From an uncultured bacterium (GTDB taxonomy: Bacteria > Vulcanimicrobiota > JAJTBE01 > CAYNGH01), in contig CAYNGH010000001.1 of assembly GCA_964396845.1 (NCBI GenBank), forward strand, positions 11,936 to 75,935: a stretch of 64,000 nucleotides of DNA, written 5' to 3'. Below the pieces are notes generated by a model. That model saw only the letters and a list, made by a program, of their open reading frames with translations. It had not been told where the DNA came from and ran no database searches. Both the position numbers and the translations under genes were made by a program. How positions within the stretch are numbered: position 1 is the first letter of the stretch; every line of letters starts with the position of its first letter. Of this stretch, positions 28,889 to 38,881 are shown one piece after another.

Positions 28889-31150
28889 ATGACGGCAGTG
28901 ATGGTGATATTTTTCCGGGATCCCCTGCTGACAGGCCGGGCCTGGTTTGTCGAAGACATTGAGGGAGCTTTTTATCCGATACATAGTTTAAAATACCAGA
29001 TGGGGCAGGCCCGGCAGATTTTCTTGTGGAATCCTTATATCTTTTCCGGCACTCCTTATCTGGCAGATCCCCAGTCGGCCATGTTCTATCCTCCCAACTG
29101 GATTTTTTTCCTTGTACCCACGGGACGGGCCATTGTATGGTTCATCTTCTTTCATTTTATTCTGGCCTCCGGGGGGAGTTATCTCTTTTTGCGGGCTCAT
29201 CATTTTGAACCTTTTTCCTCTCTGGGCGGTGCCTTGTTTTTTTCCCTGTCAGGGTTTGCCCTGCTCCATATGATGCACTTGGGGATCCTCGGGGCTTATG
29301 CCCTGATTCCATGGGGGCTTTATCTGACCCGGAGGCTTATAGAGAGAGGTTCTCTTGTGTCGGTTTCCCTGCTGGGTCTTTACTTTGCCCTTCTCCTTTT
29401 CAACGGCAGTTTTCAGCTTGCCATGATGGCGGGGCTTATTATTGCCCTTTACTTTGGCGGTCATCTGGACTTGAAGGGGTTTTTCCGCCGGGATCAGCTT
29501 CGGCTTTCGGGGCTGTTCATTCTGGCCTTGATACTGGGAATAACCCTTGCCTCCATTCAACTGATTCCCACAGGGGAGCTTTATTTCAACACCCCAAGAG
29601 GTTCCGGCCTGACATTTCAGGATGCCACTGCGGGCTCCCTCAGGCCAGCGGATTTTCTGATGTCCCTGATCCCTGAATACCGGGGGAATCCCCTGAAGGG
29701 CACATACCGGGGCCATCATGCCTTCTGGGAGATATGCGTGTTTATCGGCATATTTCCCCTGCTGGGGGCTTTTCTGGGGCCTGCCATCTCCCCTGCCGGA
29801 GAAAAACGCCGGGTGGGGATTTTTCTGCTGACGGGTTTTCTGGGAGTTCTTCTGTCCCTGGGGGGAAATACTCCCCTGTATATGCTGATCCATAAAGTCC
29901 CTGTAATGGGATCCTTTCGGATACCTGCCCGTTATATAGTGCTGACCATCACCGCCCTTGCATATTTTCTGACTCTGACCCTGGATCAGTTCCCCGGGGC
30001 TTTTAAACGGCTGGAAAAACCCGCCCGGCGATGGCTGGGCATTTGCCTGGCATTCTCGGTGGCGGTTTTCCTGGGCCTGCTGATATTCTTCATCCGGCGG
30101 GATGTGGCATCCATCAGGACCGGCTTTCTCTTTTTTGCCCTTGGGGGATCTGCTGGTCTGGCCCTGCTGATTTTGGGCTTTCTGGGCAAGATTCCCGCAC
30201 TGCCGGCCCGGATTACTGCCCTGATCATCCTGGTGATTACTCCCATCCCTGCATCGATTCTCTGGAATCCTACAGTTCCCGGCGATTACTTTGCAACCCG
30301 ATCAAGGCCCTTTCATCCTGTGGCAGAGCGGATTCCCCCGGTGCGGGTTCATTATTATCCCCCGGTAGAAATGAAGGACACCCTGAACCTGCCCTCCACC
30401 CGGAAGGTTTCCAACCTGCAGGGATACAACCCCCTTGCCCTGTCCCATTATCTGGAATACCTGGTGTTCAGTGAACTGGGCCGGCCCCTGGATCGGGAGA
30501 TTATTCGAAGCCTCACCAGAAATGGCAACATATTCGGTCTGGAAAACCCCGACGGCCCTATGATACGGCTTTTGAATCCTTCACTGGATTACCGCTTCCA
30601 TAAGATTGATCGGGGATACGGCATTTCAGCCCGGCAGGTTCCCGGAAGTCTTCCCCGATTTTTTCTGGCAGACAGGGCGGAAGTTGTCCCCGATGGCGAA
30701 GAGATGCTGAGAATCCTAAGTTCAAAGGATCATGATCCCCGGAAGGTTCTGTATTTGTCGGAGGATCCCGGCTTTGACCTGTCCCGGAAGCCCCATGACA
30801 AAAATAAAGAGAACCCTGATACCGGGGGGATTGAAGAGATTCGACTTTTAGAATACAGCCCGGATCGGATTCGTCTTTTAGTGAACACCCAACGGCCCTG
30901 CTGGCTTTTTCTCTCGGAGGTGTATTATCCCGGCTGGAAGGCATCATTTGACGACAAGTCCCTGCCGGTTCTCCGGGCCAATCATGTCTTCCGGGCTGTG
31001 CCTGTTCCTGCCGGTTCTGGCCAGCTGGACATGGTCTTTCGACCTTGGTCGTTAAAGACAGGAGCTGTTATAACACTGCTGGGGTTGGTTTTCTTGTTGT
31101 GGGTTGCTGTTTTTTCCTATATACGGCAATTACAGAGCCTCCCCAGATGA
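28889..31150 (+). CDS. YfhO-family polytopic membrane protein (putative lipid-linked sugar transferase), 753 aa
   Basis: Many TM helices, a WNPYIFSGTPYLADPQSAMFYPPNW block typical of YfhO proteins, and a large C-terminal periplasmic domain. Confidence 0.6.
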   Translation: MTAVMVIFFRDPLLTGRAWFVEDIEGAFYPIHSLKYQMGQARQIFLWNPYIFSGTPYLADPQSAMFYPPNWIFFLVPTGRAIVWFIFFHFILASGGSYLFLRAHHFEPFSSLGGALFFSLSGFALLHMMHLGILGAYALIPWGLYLTRRLIERGSLVSVSLLGLYFALLLFNGSFQLAMMAGLIIALYFGGHLDLKGFFRRDQLRLSGLFILALILGITLASIQLIPTGELYFNTPRGSGLTFQDATAGSLRPADFLMSLIPEYRGNPLKGTYRGHHAFWEICVFIGIFPLLGAFLGPAISPAGEKRRVGIFLLTGFLGVLLSLGGNTPLYMLIHKVPVMGSFRIPARYIVLTITALAYFLTLTLDQFPGAFKRLEKPARRWLGICLAFSVAVFLGLLIFFIRRDVASIRTGFLFFALGGSAGLALLILGFLGKIPALPARITALIILVITPIPASILWNPTVPGDYFATRSRPFHPVAERIPPVRVHYYPPVEMKDTLNLPSTRKVSNLQGYNPLALSHYLEYLVFSELGRPLDREIIRSLTRNGNIFGLENPDGPMIRLLNPSLDYRFHKIDRGYGISARQVPGSLPRFFLADRAEVVPDGEEMLRILSSKDHDPRKVLYLSEDPGFDLSRKPHDKNKENPDTGGIEEIRLLEYSPDRIRLLVNTQRPCWLFLSEVYYPGWKASFDDKSLPVLRANHVFRAVPVPAGSGQLDMVFRPWSLKTGAVITLLGLVFLLWVAVFSYIRQLQSLPR

Positions 31151-31835
31151 TGGGAATCCGCCCCAGCATATAACGATCCAAGGCAAAGGCTTCTTCCATG
31201 GCCCGGTTTATTATCCCGGCAGGGGGAACTGTGTCGGATCCCACTTCCCCCCTCCCGGTGATCCGGGATATCATTCGATCCAGGGCCATGAGGGGAAAAA
31301 GAATGCTGTTGAAGTATGACAGGAGGACCTTCTCCAGGGGCAGGCCATGGAACAGTTTCCCCAGCTGAGCTTTGGAGTACCTTCGCTTGTGATGGTGTCT
31401 TTCATCCCGGCAGGTCCACATCCATTGATGAGCCGGCACTGTGGCAATTATTATTCCCCCCGGGGAAACAAGGTTGACCCCGGCCATAGCTCCAGCCTTG
31501 TCCTCTTCGAGATGCTCCAGCACATCCATCATCAGGACCACATCAAAGGTGTCAGGCTTCAGAGGAACTTCACCGGGGAGGGAGCCTTTCACAACCTCAA
31601 TTCCTCTTTGTTTTGCAAACTCGATGGCTTCAGGGGAGGAGTCAAGTCCCGTGACCTGCTGAAAGAATGGCGCGAAGGCATGGAGGGTATATCCAGAGCC
31701 ACATCCCAGGTCTGCCAGCTGACGGGCATCGGGAGCATAGCGACGAATCAGCTCCAGCACGATCCGCCGTCGGGCGGCAAACCACCAGAACTTTTCCTCG
31801 TTGGAGAACATATCCCGGTAAAGCTCAGCTTCCAT
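31068..31835 (-). CDS. class I SAM-dependent methyltransferase
   Basis: Motif I LADLGCGSGYTLHAF. Start chosen at MEAELY with RBS GGGAGGA 8 nt upstream. The longer ORF to 31880 would overlap the GT2 gene. Confidence 0.8.
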   Translation of the reverse strand: MEAELYRDMFSNEEKFWWFAARRRIVLELIRRYAPDARQLADLGCGSGYTLHAFAPFFQQVTGLDSSPEAIEFAKQRGIEVVKGSLPGEVPLKPDTFDVVLMMDVLEHLEEDKAGAMAGVNLVSPGGIIIATVPAHQWMWTCRDERHHHKRRYSKAQLGKLFHGLPLEKVLLSYFNSILFPLMALDRMISRITGRGEVGSDTVPPAGIINRAMEEAFALDRYMLGRIPIIWGGSVIAVYRKKQQPTTRKPTPAVL

Positions 31836-32799
31836 CCGGAGTATCCTCCCTGATACCCTTGAATCCTTCTTCCCGGTCAATCACATACAGGGGACGGCCA
31901 AGGCACTGCTGGTAAATCTTGCCGATATATTCCCCGATAATACCCAGAATGAACAGCTGAATCCCTCCCATAAAAAACATCCCCACCGCTAAAAGGGCAT
32001 AGCCGGGAATGTTCAGCCCCCAGAACACCTTGTCGATTAAAACCGCCAGACCTGCCATCAGGCTCACCAGGGTGACAAAAAAACCGATCCAGGTTGATAC
32101 CCGCAGGGGCATGATGGAAAAGCCGGTCATGGCATCAAAAGAAAGCCACAGCAGTTTCAGGAAGCCGTAATTGGTGGTGCCTTGGTGACGGGCTTCCCGG
32201 CTGTAGGTTACCCCGGTCTGGCGAAAACCCAGCCATGAGAACATGCCCCGGATTAAGCGGTTGTAATCTCCCATCCGGCGGAATGCCAGCAGGACCCGGC
32301 GATCCACCAGCCGGAAATCCCCGGTATCCGGGGGCATTTTTATCGGGGAGATGGCATTGAATACCCGGTAAAATAAAAATGATGTGAATTTCTTGAAAAA
32401 ATTCTCACCGGGACGTTTCTCCCTTCGGGCATAGACCACCTGAAAGCCTTCCCGCCATTTTTCCACCAGCTGGACGATAACCTCCGGCGGATCCTGAAGA
32501 TCCCCGTCGATGATCACCGTGCAATCTCCCTGTGCCCGATCCAGCCCTGCAGTGGTGGCAGCTTCGTGGCCGAAATTCCTTGAAAAGGAGATCATCTTAA
32601 TCCGGGGGTCTTTTCTGGCCAGATCCAGAATTACATCAAGAGAGCCGTCGGTGGAGCCGTCATCCACCAGGATAATCTCATAATCCAGCCCTCCCGAGGC
32701 TTCCACTGCCTTCACCAGCCGTTCACAGAGAATCTCAAGGTTCTTTTCCTCGTTATGTATCGGCACTACAATCGAAATAAGATCCATAAAAACTCCCAA
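31825..32799 (-). CDS. family-2 glycosyltransferase, polyprenol-phosphate sugar transferase type (GtrB/ArnC/DPM1-like) with C-terminal TM helices
   Basis: ISIVVPIHNEEKNLE...YEIILVDDGSTDGS...DGDLQDPPE, plus a two-TM C-terminus. Confidence 0.8.
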   Translation of the reverse strand: MGVFMDLISIVVPIHNEEKNLEILCERLVKAVEASGGLDYEIILVDDGSTDGSLDVILDLARKDPRIKMISFSRNFGHEAATTAGLDRAQGDCTVIIDGDLQDPPEVIVQLVEKWREGFQVVYARREKRPGENFFKKFTSFLFYRVFNAISPIKMPPDTGDFRLVDRRVLLAFRRMGDYNRLIRGMFSWLGFRQTGVTYSREARHQGTTNYGFLKLLWLSFDAMTGFSIMPLRVSTWIGFFVTLVSLMAGLAVLIDKVFWGLNIPGYALLAVGMFFMGGIQLFILGIIGEYIGKIYQQCLGRPLYVIDREEGFKGIREDTPDGS

Positions 32800-32904
32800 C
32801 CCCCGATTTTAAATGGGGGAAAATAAGTCGGGATTATCACCACCAGTTGGCCAAATCACCGGGCCGTGGGGCACTTTAGAAGTACCCAGTATGAGTCGGG
32901 ATGT

Positions 32905-32980
32905 CATTGGGTTCTGGGTTAAGTGTCGGTGAGAGTTATCGCATTCTAATGATCGGCGCAAAGCCTGTGATATATTACCC
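32905..32980 (+). repeat. third, weaker copy of the recurring intergenic element (see 34219..34310 and 44955..45041)
   Basis: Shares the 5' block cattgg-gttc..g.ttaag and the 3' block gtgatatattaccc with copy B. The middle part diverges. Confidence 0.3.
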
Positions 32981-33136
32981 AAATGAAAAACAATGCCGAC
33001 TCCCTTAATTGAAACTTCTGCCCAGAAGAAAACATCCCTCCACTAATTACACCTGTTCTGGAGGAATTTGCCCGGCGGGTTTTAATCTAACTGGTAACCA
33101 GGAAATTTGACAATATCAGTTATAAGGAGGATTTAT

Positions 33137-34153
33137 ATGTCAACAACAGTCAATTACAAGGATCTGGGACTGGTCAACAGCCGGGAGATGTTCAAGCATG
33201 CCATGAAAAAAGGCTTTGCAGTTCCCGGATATAATTTCAACAATATGGAGCAGTTGCAGGCGATTATGACCGGTTGCGCCCGGACCGATTCCCCGGTTAT
33301 TCTTCAGGTGTCCAAAGGCGCCAGGGAATATGCCAACGAAACCCTGCTCCGATACATGGCCATGGGGGCTGTGGAGATGGTGAAAAAAGACTACAACAGC
33401 AGGATCCCCGTGGTGCTTCATCTGGATCATGGCGACAGCTTTGAGATTTGCAAGTCCTGCATCGACTCCGGTTTCTCATCGGTGATGATTGATGGCTCGG
33501 CTCATTCCTTCGAGGACAACATCGCCCTGACCAAAAAGGTGGTGGCATATGCCCATCCCAGGGATGTCACTGTGGAAGGCGAATTGGGAGTGCTGGCCGG
33601 GATCGAGGATGATGTATCCCACGAGAAATCCCACTATACCCAGCCTGAAGAAGTAGAAGAGTTTGTATCCCGCACCGGGGTTGACAGTCTGGCCATTTCC
33701 ATCGGCACATCCCATGGGGCATATAAGTTCAAGGTGAAGCCCGGCGAAGAACCCCCGCCCCTTCGTTTTGATATTCTCGATGAGATCGAACGCAGAATCC
33801 CCGGTTTTCCCATTGTTCTCCACGGCTCCTCATCGGTGCTTCCGGAATTTGTAGAAATCATCAACAAGTTTGGCGGAAACATGGAAAACGCAGTGGGAGT
33901 GCCAGAGCATCAGCTTAGGAAAGCTGCCAAAAGCGCGGTTTGCAAGGTGAACATCGACAGCGACGGACGACTGGTAGTCACCGCCATTATTCGCAAGGTG
34001 CTGGCGGAACAGCCCAAGCAGTTTGATCCCCGGAAATACCTGGGGCCTGCCCGGGAAGAGCTTGTCAAGATGATTATGCGGAAAAACGAAGAAGTGCTGG
34101 GTTCAGCAGGCCATGGATCCGCCATTGCCGATTCAGCTAAAGCCGCGGTCTGA
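33137..34153 (+). CDS. fba: fructose-bisphosphate aldolase, class II
   Basis: MSTTVNYKDLGLVNSREMFKHAMKKGFAVPGYNFNNMEQLQAIM...HLDHG. RBS AAGGAGG sits 8 nt upstream of the ATG at 33137. Confidence 0.9.
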   Translation: MSTTVNYKDLGLVNSREMFKHAMKKGFAVPGYNFNNMEQLQAIMTGCARTDSPVILQVSKGAREYANETLLRYMAMGAVEMVKKDYNSRIPVVLHLDHGDSFEICKSCIDSGFSSVMIDGSAHSFEDNIALTKKVVAYAHPRDVTVEGELGVLAGIEDDVSHEKSHYTQPEEVEEFVSRTGVDSLAISIGTSHGAYKFKVKPGEEPPPLRFDILDEIERRIPGFPIVLHGSSSVLPEFVEIINKFGGNMENAVGVPEHQLRKAAKSAVCKVNIDSDGRLVVTAIIRKVLAEQPKQFDPRKYLGPAREELVKMIMRKNEEVLGSAGHGSAIADSAKAAV

Positions 34154-34180
34154 GGAATCCCGAAAGTGATTGTTTCAAAC

Positions 34181-34206
34181 AAGGCCGTCCCTTTTGGGGC
34201 GGCCTT
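34181..34206 (+). terminator. putative intrinsic terminator after fba
   Basis: Hairpin aaggccgtccc-tttt-ggggcggcctt 28 nt past the stop. Only a weak U-tract follows. Confidence 0.45.
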
Positions 34207-34218
34207 GGGATATTAATT

Positions 34219-34310
34219 CTTGGTGTTCGGCTAAGCAATATGTCCCAGTGGTTGCGCCGTCAGGATGGGGTTTCCTGTCGCACCACCGGCAGTAGAATAA
34301 TACGCTTCGA
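34219..34310 (+). repeat. recurring conserved intergenic element, copy A (upstream of queD)
   Basis: About 80% identical over ~62 nt to 44955..45020: ttggtgttcgg.taagcaatatg...gttgcgc.gtc.gg..ggggtttc.tg. Confidence 0.5.
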
Positions 34311-34397
34311 AACCCAACCCTGACAGCTGAGGTATTGATGGAACAAGGATTTTAATCTTAATCGAATACGGATGGACATTAACGAAAATGAGGTGCT

Positions 34398-34784
34398 TTG
34401 ATGTATCGTGTTGTGGCAGGGCATCATTTTGACTCGGCTCATTACCTGAGGGGATACCAGGGCAAGTGCAGCCGGCTCCATGGCCACCGGTGGGAGGTGG
34501 AAGCAGAAATCCGGGGTGAGGAGCTGAATCCCCTGGGGATGCTGATAGACTTTTCCATCCTGAAAAAACTACTCCGGGAAGTGGCAGAACCTCTGGATCA
34601 TCAGAATCTGTCAGAGATTTCTCCCTTTGACACGATAAATCCCACCGCAGAGAATATTGCCGGCTACATATATCATCAGATGAAAGACAAGATGACTCCC
34701 GACACACTGCCCCCAAAAGCCTGCCTTTACAAGGTGACGGTATGGGAGTCGCCGGAATGCCGGGCAGAATATTCAGAAAAATAA
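34398..34784 (+). CDS. queD: 6-carboxy-5,6,7,8-tetrahydropterin synthase (QueD / PTPS family)
   Basis: MYRVVAGHHFDSAHYLRGYQGKCSRLHGHRWEVE...; 128 aa. Confidence 0.85.
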   Translation: MMYRVVAGHHFDSAHYLRGYQGKCSRLHGHRWEVEAEIRGEELNPLGMLIDFSILKKLLREVAEPLDHQNLSEISPFDTINPTAENIAGYIYHQMKDKMTPDTLPPKACLYKVTVWESPECRAEYSEK

Positions 34785-34908
34785 TAATTATAGACAGGGT
34801 GGAGATTCTTTCTTTAAGAAGTGTATAATAATTTTGATGCAAATGTAAACTGACAGAAAGTCTATTTGATAAAAATATATAAATAGGCAAAATTATTCAA
34901 GGTGTTTT

Positions 34909-35322
34909 ATGGCAAAACTTCTGATGCATCGTAAACCCAAGGTTCTTGTTGTAGATGGGGACAGGGATTTTCTGGAGCTTTTTGACTCTCTTTTTTACCG
35001 CTGGTTTCTTCTTACCCCGGTTGACTGTTATATTGTGGCCCTGGAGAAACTTCAAAGAGGGGTTTTTGATGTGGCGGTGGCGGATCTGGCAAGCCACAGC
35101 ACCCCTCCGGGGCAGGAGTTCCTGCAGGGAACCCGGGATCACCGGGAGGGGATTCCTGTTTTGTTTACCGCCAACATCACCAGCACCAGCCGGGTAAACC
35201 TGTGCCGGAGGGCCGGCGGGATTCGGCTTCTGGAGAAGAATTTTTCCTGCCGGGAAAAGGTGATAAAGACTGCCGGTTATATTATGGATGCGTCCCTGGA
35301 GAATCCTGCTGACGAGTCCTGA
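34909..35322 (+). CDS. single-domain response-regulator receiver (CheY-like) protein
   Basis: KVLVVDGDRDFLELF...FDVAVADL...GIPVLFTA is receiver-domain-like. The 3' end overlaps the convergent 35282..38614 gene by ~40 nt. Confidence 0.55.
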   Translation: MAKLLMHRKPKVLVVDGDRDFLELFDSLFYRWFLLTPVDCYIVALEKLQRGVFDVAVADLASHSTPPGQEFLQGTRDHREGIPVLFTANITSTSRVNLCRRAGGIRLLEKNFSCREKVIKTAGYIMDASLENPADES

Positions 35323-38300
35323 CTGCGCCGATTCTCGCATCCACATTATCGGAATCCTTTGTCAGAACATACTCATATACCGACATTGCTTCGTGGGGTT
35401 TGTCCAGTTTTTCCAGTATATTGCCCATTTTCAGAGGGATTCTCAGGTCTTCCGGGTTAATTCGGATGGCCTGACCATAGGCTTTTACCGCATCGTCGAG
35501 AAGATTCTTCTTCTGGTATAAATCTCCCATGTAAGATTGGGCAATAAAGTTGTCGGGCTGGGCTTCGAGGATCCGGCGGAAAACTTCGCCGGCCTTATCC
35601 AGTTGGCCGGTTTCCATGTATATCCGCCCCAGATAAAGGTGATATGGAATCACCTGGGGGCCCTGGGCCAGCAGTTCCATGGCATGGGGCAGGGCAGTTT
35701 CATACTGTTCATCCATCAAGAGCAGGATCACCAGCTGGTGAAGCAGTGCCCGGTTGCCGGGAAAGGTTTTCATGGCATTCCGGCAGTAGTCAATCCCCGC
35801 GGTTACAGCACCGGTGGATTTGTAGATATTTATAGCTTCAAGATAAGGCACCAGGCTTTCGGGAGATGCCCTGTTTGCATCCTTGAGTATTGACAGGGCT
35901 CTCAGACGGTTTTCATTGTGCAGTTCCATCCGGGCATACTTGATATATGTCTGGGGATCCTCCGGGTTGAGGCGAATGGAATGGCGGAAGGCTTTGCGGG
36001 CCTGATCCCAGAGTTCAAGCCGGGTATGCACCGAGGCCATGTCCCGGAAAAGCTCTCCATCGGTTTTTATTTCAGGATTCAGGTTGGTTACCCAGTCCAG
36101 TTGAGAAACTTCATCGGCATAGCGGGCCACTTCTCGAATTACCAACATTCTGTCAATGTCGCCATAAATATTTTTAGGAGCGTCAAACTCCAGAAGAGGC
36201 CGGTCATCGCTGTTTATACGGCCATCGCCGGCGAAGGCCCGAACTCTTTTTGCGCTGGTGATGTAGTTGCCCAGAAGTTTCCGGGGATTTTCGCAGTCGA
36301 TAAGCTCAAGGTATCTTTGAATGTTTTGATTCCTCTCCACCACTGATAAAAGTCTTTCATAATCAAGACGGATGGGTTGCCGGGATCCAATCAGCATCAG
36401 ATCTCCCCTCTGGGTAATCCACAAGTCGCCATGTGGGAAAACCGAATAAAAGGTGTTCATCACCATCTTCACCGTGGCGGGATCCATGCCGTAGGTGTGG
36501 ATCCACTGGCAGTAGATGCCGTCCTCCTTGAGTTTATCCAGACAAACCTTGTAAAAGTCGATGGAAAACAGATTTCCTATCCCGGCAATCCATGGGTTTG
36601 AGGGTTCGGATATTATAATGTCATATTTTTCCCCCGCTGCCAGAATAAAATTCCGCCCGTCGGCAATATGGCTGTGAAACCGGGGATCCTCAGTCACGCC
36701 TAAGTTTCCTTCATGGAAATACCTGGCCGCTTCCATAACCACCGGCTCAATTTCGATGCTGTCGATCCTCTCCACTTCGTCAAACTGGCTTACCGCAGCA
36801 TCGGTGATGCCACTGCCGAAACCGATGATGCATACTCTCCGGGGATTGGGATGAAGAACTGCAGGGATGAAGCCCTGAAGCCACTGGGTGTGAAGATCGC
36901 CGGTTCCTTCAGGGCTGAAGGATGCATCGGTCTTTCCGTTGACTTTCAGGGATACCATATCCCCGGATTTAACAATGGTAACGGTGCTGGAAATGCCATC
37001 CCGGTAAAAAACGATGTTCTTTGCTTCTCTATCCAGCAATCGGTTGAACTGCCGGATACTGCTCACCTGATCGTAAAACTGCGCATAAACAGAAACCCCC
37101 AGGGACATGGCGGATTTTCGCCAGACCTGGGAAAACATCAGAACCATTGCCAGCACTCCGATGAGGGCAAAGCGGAAGTATCCGGAGATTTTCTCGCTCT
37201 GTTCTTTTTTAAACAGATAAATATAAATCAGCAAAGCTCCCAGCATATTTATTCCCGTGGCAAGTTTCAGGGAGTTTTCCACCCCGATGATGGGGATCAG
37301 CAGAAATCCCGCCATAAAAGAACCGGTGATGTTGCCTGCGGTGTTGGATGCATAAACCACGCCGATTTTTGCACCTAAATTTTTCAAATTCCGGGTATAT
37401 ATCTTCACCACCAGGGGAAAGGTCAGCCCGAACATTATGGTGGGAGGTAGCATCACCAGGAAACTGATAATGAAATTCCCCGCCACCACGAGAAAATACG
37501 AACCTTTTAGAATCGGAAACAACCGCAGGAATAAATATGGAAGAAATCCCAGGGCTGGCAGGATCAGCAGGCTCATGATTCCGATGGTCAGCTCCACATT
37601 GGCCAGGGATTTGATGGTGATTTTCTCCTGGTTGAACAGACGGGTGTTGGAAAAAATATAACTCCCCAGGGCAATGCCGAATAAAAATGTGACAAGAATG
37701 GTGGAAAAAGAATAAACCGATGAACCGATGGAAAGGGCCAGGGCACGGCTCCATCCCACTTCGTAAACCATGGAGGTGAACCCGGACATGAAGAAAACCA
37801 GCAGAATCAAGCGGTGTTTGTTTTTCTCGTCAATATTGGATTCTATCTCCGGTTCACTGGCCGGCTCCGGATCCAGGGGGGATTCTTCAACACTGTCAAC
37901 ATTGCTGTCAGGTTCTTCGCCTCCCGCCATCATGCGGTCCGCCATTATAGTAACAAGACCGATAACCACATTAATCAAGCCTGCCGTCACCAGGGTGACC
38001 TGCAGTCCCAGGGCGGGAAACAGGATGAATCCTGCCAGAAAAGAACCGATGACTGCGCCGAAGGTGTTGATGGAATAAAGCCGGGCGGTTTTTGCCATAA
38101 GCTCGCCATAAGTCCTGATTACAAACTTGAGCACAATGGGCAGGGTGGCTCCCATGGCCATGGTGGGCAGAATAAAAATCATCACCGAGAGAATAAAAGT
38201 GATGATACTCATAGGGTAAAGAGAAAGGGAAAAGGCTCCCATGAGGCGGGTATAAATCATCCCCACCACATCAATAAGAAAAGGAGTGAAAAAGGCATAA

Positions 38301-38614
38301 ATGCCGATGCCCAGAGAGAGTAAACCGTAAAGACGCATATGGGGCGAGAAGGACCCGGCAGTCAGGGCCAGCAGGATCCCCGGCTTTTTGTCATCGGTCA
38401 GGTCCAGTTGGTCTGCTGTCTTGCCGGCAAGGTAGCTTCCCAGGGCAAGCCCCCCCATGAATGCTGCCAGAATACTGCTGATGGCAAAAACAGTATGGCC
38501 GAATATGATGGAAAGCCTCCGGCTCCATAAAATCTGGTATATCAGACCTGTCATCCCGGAAAGAAGAAAGAATACATGAAGCAGGGACAACAGAAACCGT
38601 CTTTTTCCCGACAT
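35282..38614 (-). CDS. 1110-aa fusion: MFS-like polytopic membrane domain + spermidine-synthase-like domain + C-terminal TPR repeats
   Basis: >12 TM helices at the N-terminus. SpeE-like core VCIIGFGSGITDAAVSQFDEVERIDSIEIEPVVMEAARYF...IISEPSNPWIAGIGNLFSIDFY. C-terminal TPR helices. It is a paralog of 8166..10442. Confidence 0.7.
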   Translation of the reverse strand: MSGKRRFLLSLLHVFFLLSGMTGLIYQILWSRRLSIIFGHTVFAISSILAAFMGGLALGSYLAGKTADQLDLTDDKKPGILLALTAGSFSPHMRLYGLLSLGIGIYAFFTPFLIDVVGMIYTRLMGAFSLSLYPMSIITFILSVMIFILPTMAMGATLPIVLKFVIRTYGELMAKTARLYSINTFGAVIGSFLAGFILFPALGLQVTLVTAGLINVVIGLVTIMADRMMAGGEEPDSNVDSVEESPLDPEPASEPEIESNIDEKNKHRLILLVFFMSGFTSMVYEVGWSRALALSIGSSVYSFSTILVTFLFGIALGSYIFSNTRLFNQEKITIKSLANVELTIGIMSLLILPALGFLPYLFLRLFPILKGSYFLVVAGNFIISFLVMLPPTIMFGLTFPLVVKIYTRNLKNLGAKIGVVYASNTAGNITGSFMAGFLLIPIIGVENSLKLATGINMLGALLIYIYLFKKEQSEKISGYFRFALIGVLAMVLMFSQVWRKSAMSLGVSVYAQFYDQVSSIRQFNRLLDREAKNIVFYRDGISSTVTIVKSGDMVSLKVNGKTDASFSPEGTGDLHTQWLQGFIPAVLHPNPRRVCIIGFGSGITDAAVSQFDEVERIDSIEIEPVVMEAARYFHEGNLGVTEDPRFHSHIADGRNFILAAGEKYDIIISEPSNPWIAGIGNLFSIDFYKVCLDKLKEDGIYCQWIHTYGMDPATVKMVMNTFYSVFPHGDLWITQRGDLMLIGSRQPIRLDYERLLSVVERNQNIQRYLELIDCENPRKLLGNYITSAKRVRAFAGDGRINSDDRPLLEFDAPKNIYGDIDRMLVIREVARYADEVSQLDWVTNLNPEIKTDGELFRDMASVHTRLELWDQARKAFRHSIRLNPEDPQTYIKYARMELHNENRLRALSILKDANRASPESLVPYLEAINIYKSTGAVTAGIDYCRNAMKTFPGNRALLHQLVILLLMDEQYETALPHAMELLAQGPQVIPYHLYLGRIYMETGQLDKAGEVFRRILEAQPDNFIAQSYMGDLYQKKNLLDDAVKAYGQAIRINPEDLRIPLKMGNILEKLDKPHEAMSVYEYVLTKDSDNVDARIGAVRTRQQDSPGTHP

Positions 38615-38881
38615 TGATTAACCTCCCAAACTCCCCGGCAGAAACTCAACCGGGGGTTTCATTATTCTACAGAAGGCATCTCAATATCCTGTCTTATTCT
38701 ACGGCAGTTATGGATTTCAAGTGATTCTGACTCTGGAAATTTGGCCGTGGATTCAGAGAAGTTTCCCTTTCCCGGAGAACTTTTTCGAGCAGAGTTTCCG
38801 TCAAGGCAAAACCCTGCTTTTTTGGAAAAACAAGTTATCCCTTGACAATCCCGATCCATGTTTCCTCATTCCAAATGGGGA

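Noticed and set aside
34243-34299. Short ORFs starting at the ATG inside the recurring intergenic element (MSQWLRRQDGVSCRTTGS in copy A; MPPLLRCRAGVSGISRT... in copy B) as possible leader peptides.
   Set aside because: Differences between the copies are overwhelmingly non-synonymous (two-base changes within codons), and no Shine-Dalgarno precedes the ATG. The conservation is at the nucleotide level, not the peptide level.
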